NCBI GenBank assembly: GCA_054600435.1
Contig: BAAIJX010000034.1
Span: 186,001-247,503, forward strand
Source: Neophaeotheca triangularis
Taxonomy: Eukaryota
Direction: 5' to 3'
DNA length: 61,503 bases
The number at the start of each line of letters is the position of its first letter. Position 1 is the stretch's first letter. This document shows, piece by piece, positions 24,025 to 36,050 of the stretch. The notes below the pieces were generated by a model, which was not told where the DNA came from, ran no database searches, and was given only the letters and a program-made list of their open reading frames with translations. Both the position numbers and the translations under genes were made by a program.

Positions 24025-26404
24025 CTAGGCGAAGCCAACAATGGACCTCTTTCCCCTGGCAGCCTTGCAGCCTTCTTCGTGGGCATGGAAAAGGTGTCCG
24101 TAGTAGAAGATGATCACCACCAACAGGGGCGTGACGGCGTAGCACAAGACGATTTCAGAGGGACAACAATAGCAGTCCAGCCGATTGTTGGATATAAAGC
24201 GGCGTACAGTCCTCCGGCCAACACGAGCATCACGTGTTCCGACAGAGAATGTCGAGCGGATGCCCTTGATCTTCGTCATCTTTGTGGGGTTTGGCAGGAG
24301 AACGTTGCAGTCATCGTAAGCGCAACGGGGATTGTACGACCACATCAATTTGTACCACTCGAGCAGTGACTTCTCGGTCGAGTTTTGTTTGGGGCAGCGT
24401 ATCATGACTGCGCTGACGGCTGTGCCACGGACAAATTTGGAGAGCTCCTCGAACACATTCTTGACCTGAATCCATCGAAATTCTAGTCAGAGTCATTTGG
24501 TTAGTCAAGATCCCAGGGAACGCTTCAGCGAGGTTCGACTTGCCATCTTCGTTGTCTCGATTCTTCTTCTTCTCGGCTGCGAGTTGCTTGGTGAGGCATG
24601 TACGCCAGAGATGGCGCAGGATGAAGTCAGAGCACAGGATCCAAGGCAAGGGGTCTGAGCTGCTCTGGATACAAGCAATCACCTTCGCCATCGAGTTTTC
24701 GGCTCCCATAGGGGAAAGCAGCACCTCTTGCGAGTTGTTGTCGGGTAGCAGGTACGCAAGGGCCTGGAAAAGCTTACGTACGTGCCACCAATTGTCGCGC
24801 AACCCGTGTTGACTGTAGCCTTGCTGGTTGTGAATCTCCTTCATTGCCATCTTGGAATCGCGCTCTGCCATGGTGCTGAGCAACTCGTAGCAATGGGAGC
24901 GTAATTTCGAGTACTTGGCGGCATCACTGTGCGGTGATAGTCGGAGCGAAGCTCGTGCGACTGCGAGTGACTTTTCGATGATGGTATCGACATCTGGGGC
25001 TGGATCTTCTGGTACCGAGCCTGTTGTGTGAGAAACTTTCTGGGCCGGCTCAAACTGCTTGTTCGACAGAATGCGACCTTTTGTGAACCCCGTAGAGCGA
25101 CGCCATACGTGCTTCACCCTGCCGCCGACCTTGCGCCTATGATGCGGCGGAGGCTCGTCGCTAAGAATGTTAGCATCACAGTCCCAGTGACTGGCAATAA
25201 CCTTGTCACGAGGATCGATTTACCTTATCTCGTCTGCTGCTGCGTCTGCGCCAAAGTCCGGCATCTCTATACCCAAAGCCTCGAAGTTTGCTTGCTCCAG
25301 GGTGAACGGGCCTGTGGCCGGTGCACTCCAGCATGGGTACGTTATCGGGCGTTCTTGGGCGTCGAAAAAGTCGTGCAGCCATTCGACACGGGCCTTGTTG
25401 TTGACAACCGTGGCGCTAGACCCTCCCTGCGACTGAGATGCGCCGGTAATTTCTCCCGGGAGTGTTGGAACCGTCGATTGATCCTCCTGTTCTTCGTCGT
25501 CGTCGGGCTCCTCCACGTCTGAGTCCTCTCCATCGTCAGACTCGGAGGGTAAGGCTGCAAGGTCAGTGTACGCTACATCGGAGGCAGTCGCTCGAGAAAT
25601 GTGCTCTTTCTCATCTTCCGTCAAGTCGCCAAGAGGAGTCATGTCTTTGCTTTCGGAAAAGAGATCGGACAGAAGAGCAAGGCACGGTCCGCCGAAACGG
25701 TCAATGGCGTTGTTGGAAGTTTTTGGCCCGACAGTGGCTCGATACCCTTCCAACAGCGCGGCCGTTTGTGGTAGCTTTTGAAGGACAGGTCCTAGAGAGC
25801 TGGCCGCTCTCATGAGCCGATCGCAGTTGACGTCGACATCTTTCTCCTGCTGCACAAGCTGTAGAAGGCTGAGGAGATGGCGATCCACCTTCACCACATC
25901 CGCAAACTCGCAAGGGACACTGCGCGTTTTGAGATCGATGTTCGCACGAGTACTTGAAAGCGCATTCTCCACCTGGGTGTTTGCCATGGCCACAATTTCG
26001 CCTTGACGCTTTTGAAAAAAGTCCTGATATCCCATGAAAAAGTTGTCGTGTGCCTCATAGAACCCCCGAAGGTACCATCCTGACAGCCAGTCGATGTCCA
26101 GGTGGACTTTGATCGGCGGCAAAGCTGTGATTCCTACTTCGCTCTCCAGGTAAAGCCGATGGAATGAATGCGTTTGGGCCAAGGCCGTTGCGATTGTCTG
26201 AATCCATTCGTCGGTGAGCGAGCCGTCGTTAGGATCTCCGGACTGCCAGGCATGTTCTTTGTACAGGTCCTTGATGGCTGCGTGGGCCGCAAGTCTCTGC
26301 TCGTCGGTCGGTACGTCGAACGATTGTTTGTCATCAGCATCGTGGAGTTTGTCGAGCTTGACCGTTTCCCAGGCCGGGCGTATGCCTGCGAAGGGATCCC
26401 GCAT
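24025..26404 (-). CDS. Uncharacterised 751-aa protein (gene B); exons 26404-25224, 25160-24544, 24482-24025
   Basis: Three ORF-track segments are joined in frame by a GTAAAT..GCTAAC..TAG intron (25223-25161) and a GC-AG intron GCAAGT..ACTAAC..TAG (24543-24483). Total 2256 nt with no internal stop. Confidence 0.8.
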
Positions 26405-27374
26405 CGCGAGATTTGGTGGGTGGTGTATCTCTGGTTGGTTGAAGAATGTGCTTAGAAGTTGGGTTCTAGATAATGAGTTGGGTTCTGATGCTGTGGAAAC
26501 ATTTTTTCAGGAGTAGCCTGAGATTCCTTACATATGCAGCATTCTAACTATCCAAGAACTTCGTAGCAACATTTAAGGCCACACTGGTTAGCAGCCTTTG
26601 TTTCATGATTGCTAGTGTTGGGAAAAACAATAAGTCGATCTCAGATACATCCGTAAGTCACCATTCACAATGTCAGAGAGAACGCACTCAAAGTGCGAAT
26701 GAACTGTGTCTCAAGGCTATTTGCGAGCTACTCGATAGCAGCGCATAGCTCTCAAAGAACACAAAGGCCAAAGGGGAAGGTTAGCAAACCATCTTTCTCT
26801 AGGTAATTGCCATTCTGATCATTGATGAGGAGGTCGACAGGGCGCGGTCCGGCCTTTGAATGAAACTGAACGAACAATGCCCAACTTCATCACTATAAGA
26901 AGCGTTAGCGGCTTCGAGCCTTTGCAAGACCGAGTCTCGCAGGGCAAAACGCATTGACCACTTTGCTACAACGCCCATAGTGGTGGCAAGTATGAGATAA
27001 CAACATATATTTATATAGAAATTTGGGACAGTAACGTACGTCCAAGGCGCGCTTTAAAACCAAGGGAATTGTATAAGCCCCTCTCACTTTTCTGTATCTT
27101 TTCTTCCCTGTCTTAACATTCCCCAATTCTGGTAATATTTGGAGAAGCGGAAATTAATTCGAAAAAGCAAGTTCTATTCATGGACTTTCATAGGTACAAT
27201 TAGATGACAAGCTCCCCGCAATAACGAACGCCAAAGCGTCACCATCTCGAGCTTCCTCCGCGCAAATCCCGACCAGAGTCGTCGATGCTTTATAACAACA
27301 ACTTTTGCTGTCCAACGACCTATCGATCGCAAACGCATTGCAGACTACAGTAATACCAGGGAAACGGTTCCACC

Positions 27375-27902
27375 ATGGCACATCCACAATCCCCTCAACG
27401 ACAACCAACCCCCAGCGAAACCGCAGACTACACCAAAACCATCCACAACGCCTCGCTCGCCCTGGTCGTGGTCTGCCCGCTTGTAGCACTTCTCCCGCCC
27501 CGAAAACTCGACTTCTTCACCCTGGGCCTTGCGGGAACAACACTGTACTCAGCCAACTACCTAATCGCAGAGCGAAGCGGAAAAGGCATCTATCAGCATC
27601 TAAGCTACAGACGGACAGCCAATCAAGCCCCCCGACCGACGACTAGTAGGCCGGACGACGAAAGCGTTGGTGCGGTCGTCGATGCCGAGCTGCGCCACTT
27701 GAAGGAGGAAAGTCGCCGGGGAGCTGTACATGAGGGTTTGGCTGAGCGAATCACAGAGGAGACTAAGAGGAAAGGGGGCTGGGTGCAGGAGAGAGCGGCC
27801 GAGGAAACGGATGCGTTGGATGTGGGAAAGGGATATGGGGATATTATTATGGATCAGATTTGGGAGGTTGTGAATTGGGGCAAGCCTAAAGAGGATGATT
27901 GA
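27375..27902 (+). CDS. Conserved fungal hypothetical membrane protein, 175 aa
   Basis: Hydrophobic LVVVCPLVALLPPRKLDFFTLGL segment and C-terminal GKGYGDIIMDQIWEVVNWG motif, typical of a conserved Pezizomycotina family of unknown function. Confidence 0.75.
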   Translation: MAHPQSPQRQPTPSETADYTKTIHNASLALVVVCPLVALLPPRKLDFFTLGLAGTTLYSANYLIAERSGKGIYQHLSYRRTANQAPRPTTSRPDDESVGAVVDAELRHLKEESRRGAVHEGLAERITEETKRKGGWVQERAAEETDALDVGKGYGDIIMDQIWEVVNWGKPKEDD

Positions 27903-29009
27903 GCTTGATTGACGATGCTTGAGGATGAGGGAGTTTGCGAGGTCGAACTTTTGCCCACGGTTTCCTCGGACGATATGGCGCGATCGCTTAGCCTGTGGAA
28001 TTCTTGTCTTCGCTGATGGATACTCTGAACATTGAGGCCTTGGTCTTGAGCTAAGCAATAGCGGAGCAACCAGGAAAACGCGATTTGCTGATCGTAAACG
28101 ATGACACTCGGGGATTCGACTTTTCGAACGACATGGCGCCTGTGATAGAGAGGATCTCCTCGGGAGTCTCAATCTATCGCGAACTCTCTCGTAAAGTGAG
28201 GCGCATCCGTTGTCTCCCGAGTAATCGAAGACGAACTCAACAAGGGCGGCACCAAAAGGATTCGAAAATCATCACGCTCCCCATGAACCGACAATCCGGC
28301 GGGCGACATCTGATAACACTGGCTAGTCGCCGAGGACATGACGAAAGACCTCAAGCCCCTGCAAAGCTCAGGGGGTCACCTAAAGCAAAGGCGAATTTCG
28401 GGTCTTGAGCTCGAACCATAGAGACCTTAATATCTTCCCGTCACTATCCCGCGAGACAAAGAACTGCACAATGTAGAGATCAACGTCAACCACTCATATA
28501 GACATAGACATAGGCTAGGGGAGTTCGCAAGAGTCGTTGCTCCGGTCAAGAGAAGCCAACTTAGGCTAGCGTTGTCATGCATTTCACTCGAACATGATAC
28601 TGCACGAGCAGCCTCCCTCGTTAACAGGACAGTACAACGTGGAACCTCAAAAAATGATCTGCCAGTTCCTTTCCGCTATATAACAGCATCCGGAAAAGCC
28701 CCAGTCACAGCGTAAAAGCCATGTAGCTTTTGCACAAGCTCGCGCATGCCTTCGGGTGCTGCAAGTATGGCAAGAAGATGTGGCGGAAACAGTAATATTG
28801 TAGGGAGCAGATGCTGGACATATGGTATAGGAGGGGCTTACGTGCGATTGACACTCGATTGGAGGTGTCGGGGAGGTTTTTCAAAGTTCAAACTTATGCT
28901 AAGTAGAACTTGGGGGAATGTGCCGTGGTCGTGGTAGTGCCAGAGGTGTGCCACGGTGGAGCTCTTAGGTCATGGTTTCGGAGCTCCGGAAGTCGGTCAT
29001 CCAGTGAAT

Positions 29010-29385
29010 CCCTGTAGCTTGGCAATATCAATAATTGTCGCTGTTGCTCGTCGAGGTGCTCGTCAAGGTATGAGAGCTGCACCTAACTACCTTCCATCAT
29101 GGCTCTGTCTGGACGCCGTCGGTTGCTGCTCCTGTCTGCCATTCAACGTCGTCGTCGCCGTCGGTTATTCGAACTCTTGGAGTCGACAAAAGCACCAAAA
29201 TACCACCGATTTGGCCGTGAACCAAAGCCCTATGCATACCGTCAGTGGAGGTTAGAAGAGTGATTAAATGAACAAGGTGTCATCGACCAGGTGCGGTTTA
29301 CTCAGGACGAGTTACAGAGGCTGATTATGCTCTTGGAGATCGCCAGTATCGAGTACAGATGTCGCAACAACCCTGCTCCTGAGTG
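29010..29385 (+). mobile_element. Possible 5' fragment of a PIF/Harbinger-like transposase
   Basis: RRRRRLFELLE..YRQWRLEE*LNEQGVIDQVRFTQDELQRLIMLLEIASIEYRCRNNPAPE resembles the RF..EI..L...L..I.Y..R...PE N-terminal region of fungal DDE_Tnp_4 proteins. Truncated, with an internal stop. Confidence 0.35.
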
Positions 29386-29848
29386 TTAGGTTCTAAAACG
29401 GCTGGCAGATTGTGGTGGTTTATAGGCTCGAAGCCGGTTGATTTGGTTGACAGATGGTCGCTGTGGGTCTGCATGAATAGAATTCTTCATGGCGAGAGGT
29501 AAACCCAAGACAAATACAAGAAGCGTATAGATTGGAACCTAGGTGCTGCAGTCTTCACATCAAGGACGAATATTACACTACATCATTCCATATTGCTGTC
29601 TGCTGATTCACACATGCTGAACGTTAAGCGATACTCTCACATACTGGGACATGTCAGTATTCGTGCAACGGATGCATTGCATTGATATTGGTAAAGTACT
29701 TTGCCTGCTCGGGTCTTAACACTACTCCTCCTATCGCAGTCTCCTCATATCTTTTCTGTCCTTTATGATGCCCTTGCACGCACGACAAAAGTGTTCCTGT
29801 CACCAAAGAGGCGATTGAAACGGTCATTCTGAGCTGACAAAACTCTCC

Positions 29849-31491
29849 CTACTTCCACATGTTTGGGTAAGGTTCAACCGCTGGGTTCATTCGAGGCGAG
29901 TTCGCACGAGGAGCAGCCCAAATGGAGTCCTCCAGACCGCGGCCACGGACCGGCTTGGCGGCGGTTGAGGTGCCTTTGGCAGCGGATGAAGTCGGAGTCG
30001 GATCACCCATGGGGTTTTCGGAACGAGTGTTGGTGGCAGATGCTCTCGCCATGGCTTGACGGAGCGGGTTCGGCTGCTGAGGGGCCATCGGAGTCGCTGG
30101 GTACGTAGTGAATGGAGCGGCGGCAGGGTTGCGGCCTCTGATAGGAGCCACCTGATTGACGAGATGAGCAGCTGCAGGGGCGCGGCCTCTGGATGGGGTG
30201 CCGCCACGAGATTTGTTGCCCTGAGGTACGAAGAAATTAGCATGTGCACCATTGATCTGCAGCCATGTTTTCACTCACTCCACGAGTAGCACCAGATTGG
30301 AAATCTATAGCCGCGGCTAACTGTTCTTTGGTATAGATGGTCGGCAGGGGTGCAAGGTTGCTGACCACAGCTCCAGGAACTCTTACCTCACTGTTGGGAG
30401 CACGCTGGGGCGTGGGTCCAGGAGTCGTAACGACTTGCTTGGAGGGCGACTTGGAAGTGGTGGCGGTGCTCGTGGGGCGACGCGCTTCGGACTTCTTGAA
30501 AGGCGAAGGGTAGTCGAAATCATCGTACTCGTCGTCTGATGGCTTATCGTCGTCTTTGGGCGCCCATCGAGATGCAGCGAGACCATTTTGCGGTTTTGCG
30601 GCTTTCTTGACGGTGGATGCAGCTGAAATGGTGGTTAGCAGTCAGTCGTGCATAAGGTTAGCGCGTTGAAAAAACTCACCTGGGGTTGTAGAGACGAGCT
30701 TGCTGGCAGAAGCCGTGCCGTTTGAGGTCTCTTTGCCGGTGATGGTAGTAGCAGGGACGATCTTGGTGGCAGTGCCGTTCGAATCCTCTTTGACGTCGAG
30801 GGAAGCGAAAGGCGCAAACTCTTTGGCAGAGACCTTAGAGTTCTCTTTGCCGAGTGCAGAAGCAGTCGCAATCTTCCGAGCAGGGTGAGAGAACGTCGCG
30901 TTCTCATTCTGGTTAGGGAATGCCTTATCGGCGGAGGTCAGGACGGCGCCTGCCCGAGCTTTGGCGGTGTCCGCGGCTCTGAGCCTCTCTTCGATCTCCT
31001 CGGAGTAACCATTGAGCTGGTCAGTCTTCACGGTCAGCTTCTCCATGTACTCAGTGAGCTCTTCAAGCTGCTGATTTACATCTTTGTCCGCGAAGGAAAC
31101 CTTGCCGAACATGACCTGTTAGGAGATGGTTAGATATGCAGACTCTTGATTGTGTCAATTGCAGCTTGGAACATACCTCGATCCCCTTGTCGCTGGCATA
31201 GTCGAGTAGAAGCTTGGACGCTTGGTGGATGAAGTTGCGCGACTTCTCATGGCTGGCACGCGTGTCGCCCTCGATGGTGTTCAAGCGGGAGTGGAGGTAG
31301 TCCATGTCCTTTTTGATGTCGGCGACTTGGGTGGTGAAGCTGTTGAAAAGCTTCTCTGAGCCTACAGCAGTAGCCTCATGCTGGTGGATCTGCTGGAGAG
31401 TGGTGTCAGGGATGGAATTGTTCGGCCCGGCCTGGAGTTGGCGCATGATTTGATCCTTCTCCGACGGGTAGCGCGGCTTGAAGGCCGACAT
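29849..31491 (-). CDS. Uncharacterised coiled-coil/low-complexity protein with two GLxxS(R/I)WA motifs; exons 31491-31177, 31115-30680, 30622-30279, 30220-29849
   Basis: Canonical in-phase introns 31176-31116, 30679-30623, 30278-30221. Product starts MSAFKPRYPSEK and contains NGLAASRWAP and RGLEDSIWAAP. Confidence 0.78.
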
Positions 31492-33275
31492 GGCGGTGGT
31501 GGCGGTTGTGGAGGAGTTGCGGGCGACAGGTGAGAGGTTGTAAGGAGGGTGAAGGTGACGGAAAGCTGACCGAAGAAGTAGAATCGCGTAGGTGTGAACT
31601 TGATTATGCGCGGTGCGTGTCAGTGGAAGGTGACGAAAACAAGCCAAAGCTTTGTCGCGGCAAGAGCGCGCTGTTTGTTGACGTACGCGGCACCTGCCGG
31701 GCTGACCGAAGGGGAAGGCACGACATTGAGACTCCCGCCAAGCCATCTGGCCTAGGCGGAATTCAGAAGTCCTGGATCTCTTTTACCAGGTGTCACTTAC
31801 GGTCCTGACCTGGAGGATCGAACAGAAATGCTGCGCGTGCAGTACCAGCACTAGGCTTCGACCCTTCAATTGACAACACTCCCCTGCAGCGATTGGGTAG
31901 CAAACGAACAGCGGTCGCAACGACCCGATGTGGTTCATCAAGCCCTAGCAATATGCCGAGCAGCAACACCTCCCAGGCGATCACTCTCCCTACCTTCCGG
32001 CGAATAGTCGAGATCAAGCATAGGATGGCCTTTACACTCGAACCACTGACTATCCCGGTTCAAGGGGTTCCGGCCACGAGGGGTGAGTAGCCGCCAACAC
32101 AACGCTCGACCGGATGGAATGTCAAAGGTAAGGCCAGCGCCTCTCAGTACACCAGGAATACACGGAACGCAACGTCGGAGGAGGCATAGCCTCTTGCTCC
32201 CGAAAGGAGATTGTTCCTTGCCATCCCGAATCGTAGGAAAGGCTCGCGGTGATCTCTCAGCAGCAAAGAGCATCGGTCCAATCATTTCTGCTACATCTTC
32301 TTGTCACTCCGCGCTGCTCAAATCGAGAGGTGGCATCATCTCGCGGCCAACTGTTTGCTTTCTTGACGGCGCCGGCGAAAGTTTCTGCTCGCCTTGGGTT
32401 TTGTCCAGGCAGAGGTAGAACTAGGCGTAACATAGACCGAGTCCTGGCGGATGCTGGCCATCTCTAAGAAATGGGTCTGTATACAATGCTAGGCACTCTT
32501 GGAGACTTGTGGATTAGTCGGGATAGAATGGAGGTTGAAAAAGAATACGCCGGAAGGGATTGAAGACATGGCTCGTTGAGCGACCTGCCGCATCAAAGGC
32601 GGACATACTCGGGATGCATGGCTCAGAAAAGTCCTCCGGCGGCCTTCACAATCGCATTGTTCCGCCCACTACAAAGGGGCGGCGCTGTACTTAACTTGAC
32701 CACCTACCGATGGCATGGACCTGATGGAACCGAGATGAATTACCGAGAGAAAAGAGCGCTTCTCTTTCGATCGATCGAGTTTTCTAGTATGCAACGACTG
32801 GCGCGAGGAAGCCATGGCGAGGATTTTCCATGCAGTGAAGCTTCCTTTGAAGATGCGGCCAGATAGCGTAGGGCACCAACGGCTCTCAGAACTAATGTAT
32901 CGATGGTGCCCTGGAAACGCCTGTCGGTCACTGAGTGTAGGTAAGACAGATCGAAAGCTCACTAGTCGGGGCTCGATATGCAACGAAGCTTCACCAAATT
33001 GGAGACTCACAAAGGTAGTTGCAGAACACCAGAAAGCCCAAAGTAAGTCAACGGCTAGAAGCCGGAGGTTGAACATGTTGCTTGCGGTGGATGCTCCCGC
33101 GTCATGCACTATGCAGCAGTACCTTGGGCGTAATGATTGGGCACTGGATGGTGGCAGCTTGGTCAGACTAGACTTCCTTGTAGCCGTGATAATTAAGGGT
33201 CCCAGCCTTGGGGGCCAATATGGTAGGATGTACTTGCCTTTGTGGACTGTATTAGAGTGTATCTAACCATACGGT

Positions 33276-33713
33276 ACGCGTCGTAGCATACCGCTATTGG
33301 ACAATGCTCACAGTAATTGTAATCAGTCAGGACACGAACGAGTACTACAGCCTTGTCTGGCGTAGGGGAATACCTTCGACGCGTTCGCACTAATACTTGA
33401 GAGCAATGTGAGATGCGAGTTACCAGCCTACTTAGCCTCGTTGGAACGACAACAACACACGAAAGTCGCGCGAATTCTCGGATGTTGATCAAGTCCTACC
33501 CAAGCACTGTTCAATGTCTTTAGCGACGTTTCCAAGAGTGCATCGTGATTGGGTAGTGCCTTGAAAGTCGTAAGATGGGAGCAGCTCAAGGACATGAAGT
33601 CGGACAAAGCGTCCGTAATTTGCCGACAAGGCAGCGGGGGACCCACCCCAGCCTCTCGCTCGTTCTTGCCAAAACAAAGCGCGCTTTCGCGTGACGTCGC
33701 TTGGCAGTCGCGT
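33276..33713. promoter_or_regulatory. MCB/SCB-like cell-cycle elements upstream of RNR2
   Basis: ACGCGT at 33276-33281 and 33379-33384, TTTCGCG at 33685-33691, TCGCGT at 33708-33713. Confidence 0.5.
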
Positions 33714-33856
33714 CTCGTGTTGTACTTTAAACCTCGACTTTCTCCTCCGGACATCAACACCACCACCTCTCTCTTCCAACACCAGCATCAATCCCTCGCC
33801 ATCAAACACTTCTCCAGTCCATTCCAGCCTATCCAGCATACTTCCCTTTCGCCGAT

Positions 33857-35240
33857 ATGAGCGTGCAAACCACTCCCTCGAAGAAGGTTAGTCTATGACG
33901 CTGCCGCCACGCTTCGAAGAACCACCTACTGACACGCTTTCTTAGGCCGCATCCGCCCTTGACAACTTCAAGATGGAGTCGCCCGCGAAGAAAGAGAACA
34001 TTGATACCGTTGCCGACAAGGAGAACGTCCTCGACGCGCGTTACCAGTCGGACGAGGTCGCCATCCCCATCAAGGGTATCCCAATGGTCGAGGAGACGAA
34101 AGAGGAGGTCGCGTCTACTGGGGTAGCACCTACAATCAAGGCTTCCGAGGCGGAGGAGCCTTTGCTACAAGAGAACCCGAACCGATTCGTGCTCTTCCCC
34201 ATCAAGTACCACGAGGTAAGTCTTCATCGACGCGTCGAGACGCGTAAAGCACCCTGAAACACGAACACGCGCTAACGCTCAGATAGATCTGGCAAATGTA
34301 CAAGAAGGCCGAAGCATCCTTCTGGACAGCAGAAGAGATTGATCTGTCCAAGGACCTCCACGACTGGAACAAGAGACTTAGTGATGACGAGCGTTTCTTT
34401 GTTTCCCACGTCCTCGCCTTCTTCGCTGCATCTGATGGTATTGTCAATGAGAACCTGGTCGAGCGCTTCAGCGGCGAGGTGCAAATCCCCGAAGCTCGCT
34501 GCTTCTACGGCTTCCAGATCATGATGGAGAACATCCACTCCGAAACATACTCCCTGCTCATCGACACATACATCAGCGAGTCGGCGCAGCGCAAATACCT
34601 CTTCAATGCCATTGACAACATCCCCTGCATCCGCAAGAAGGCTGACTGGGCTCTCCGCTGGATCAGCGACAAGAACAGCACCTTTGCTTGCCGTCTCATC
34701 GCCTTCGCTGCCGTGGAGGGCATCTTCTTTTCCGGCTCCTTCGCTGCCATCTTCTGGCTCAAGAAGCGTGGTCTGATGCCTGGCCTTACTTTCTCCAACG
34801 AGCTCATTTCCCGCGACGAGGGCATGCATACTGACTTCGCCTGCCTGCTCTTCTCCCACCTCAACAACAAGCCAAGCAAGGAGCTCGTCGAGTCCATCAT
34901 CACCGAGGCCGTCGGCATTGAGCAAGAATTCTTGACCGACGCCCTCCCCTGCGCGCTCCTCGGCATGAACTCCAAGCTCATGTGCCAGTACATCGAGTTT
35001 GTCGCCGATCGCCTCCTTCTCGCACTTGGAAACAACAAGTTCTACAACTCCACCAACCCCTTCGACTTCATGGAGAACATCTCGCTTGGCGGCAAGACTA
35101 ACTTCTTCGAGAAGCGTGTTGGTGACTACCAAAAGGCCGGTGTCATGGAGGCTCAAAAGAAGGCGCAAGACAAGCACGACGGTGTCACCGCAGCGCCCGC
35201 CAACATGACTGGTGACTTCGCTTTCGACGAGGACTTTTAG
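33857..35240 (+). CDS. RNR2: Ribonucleoside-diphosphate reductase small subunit; exons 33857-33886, 33946-34215, 34287-35240
   Basis: [81 protein letters not shown]-terminal FAFDEDF. Confidence 0.98.
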
Positions 35241-36050
35241 ATTAAACGCATTGATGTTACCGGCACGAATGGGATGGGATGCTATGGAATGTACTATTGG
35301 GCTAGGCTACGGACGGATGTTGGCGTTCATGGTGAAGGGTCTGCGTGGCATCGCGAGGATGATACCTTCTCAAGTACTTCGAATATCTGGTTTGGCGCGG
35401 CATGTAAACGGCGTTGGGGTGCAGTCAAACCGATGATATTATACATGTGGATAGCGTATGCTTGCAATCGTACGAAAATTTATTCAATTGTTCAACAAAC
35501 CAACTGTCATGCTTTGTGTTGCGTCGGGCCTGTGTAACCACGAAATCCAGATCTGATCAAGCGAAGCCGAAGCCTTGGACGGACTCGAGCTTGTCCGAGT
35601 TGTGACGTTGATCCTGCAGGAACGTTTGGCTTGCTCTCACCCGGTGGAGGTCAGCCGGAATGTTGGTTTGTCTGCTTACATCTTCCTCCTACGGGGTCAT
35701 CTGGAATCAATAACAAACGCAGCAACCTTCGACAAAGACGGCGGGTCCAACTTCTGCATCCGTTCATTCCTACTCCCGACTTCGTTCACCACAACGCCAC
35801 AAATCGCGGATTTCCAATATCTTCACGAGTCCTTTGAGAACCTTCATCGACCGCGCCGACCCGCGAGCTTCCGGAGAATATTACCCACACGTACTAAGGT
35901 ACCCAGTACTCACGCTCGCCGCTTATTACTATCCCTGGCCATACGGTATACCCCTTTGTCTCAAGTGGAAGCGCTCTCTTGCGCCGACCGTGAGACTAGT
36001 CGCGTTGTCAGCCCGCGATATGCCATCACATCTGCCCGGCTTCGTCAAGC

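Noticed and set aside
31800..33300. Numerous short ORFs upstream of RNR2
   Set aside because: No domain resemblance or coherent exon structure; treated as intergenic
34272..35177. Long antisense ORFs over RNR2 (and similarly over LIG4, IDCase, LDB19, WD40, EBP2)
   Set aside because: Shadow ORFs caused by GC-rich codon bias of the real genes
939..35240. LIG4, T7H/IDCase and RNR2 as one nucleotide-metabolism supercluster
   Set aside because: RNR2 is ~27 kb away with unrelated genes between; no evidence beyond chance proximity
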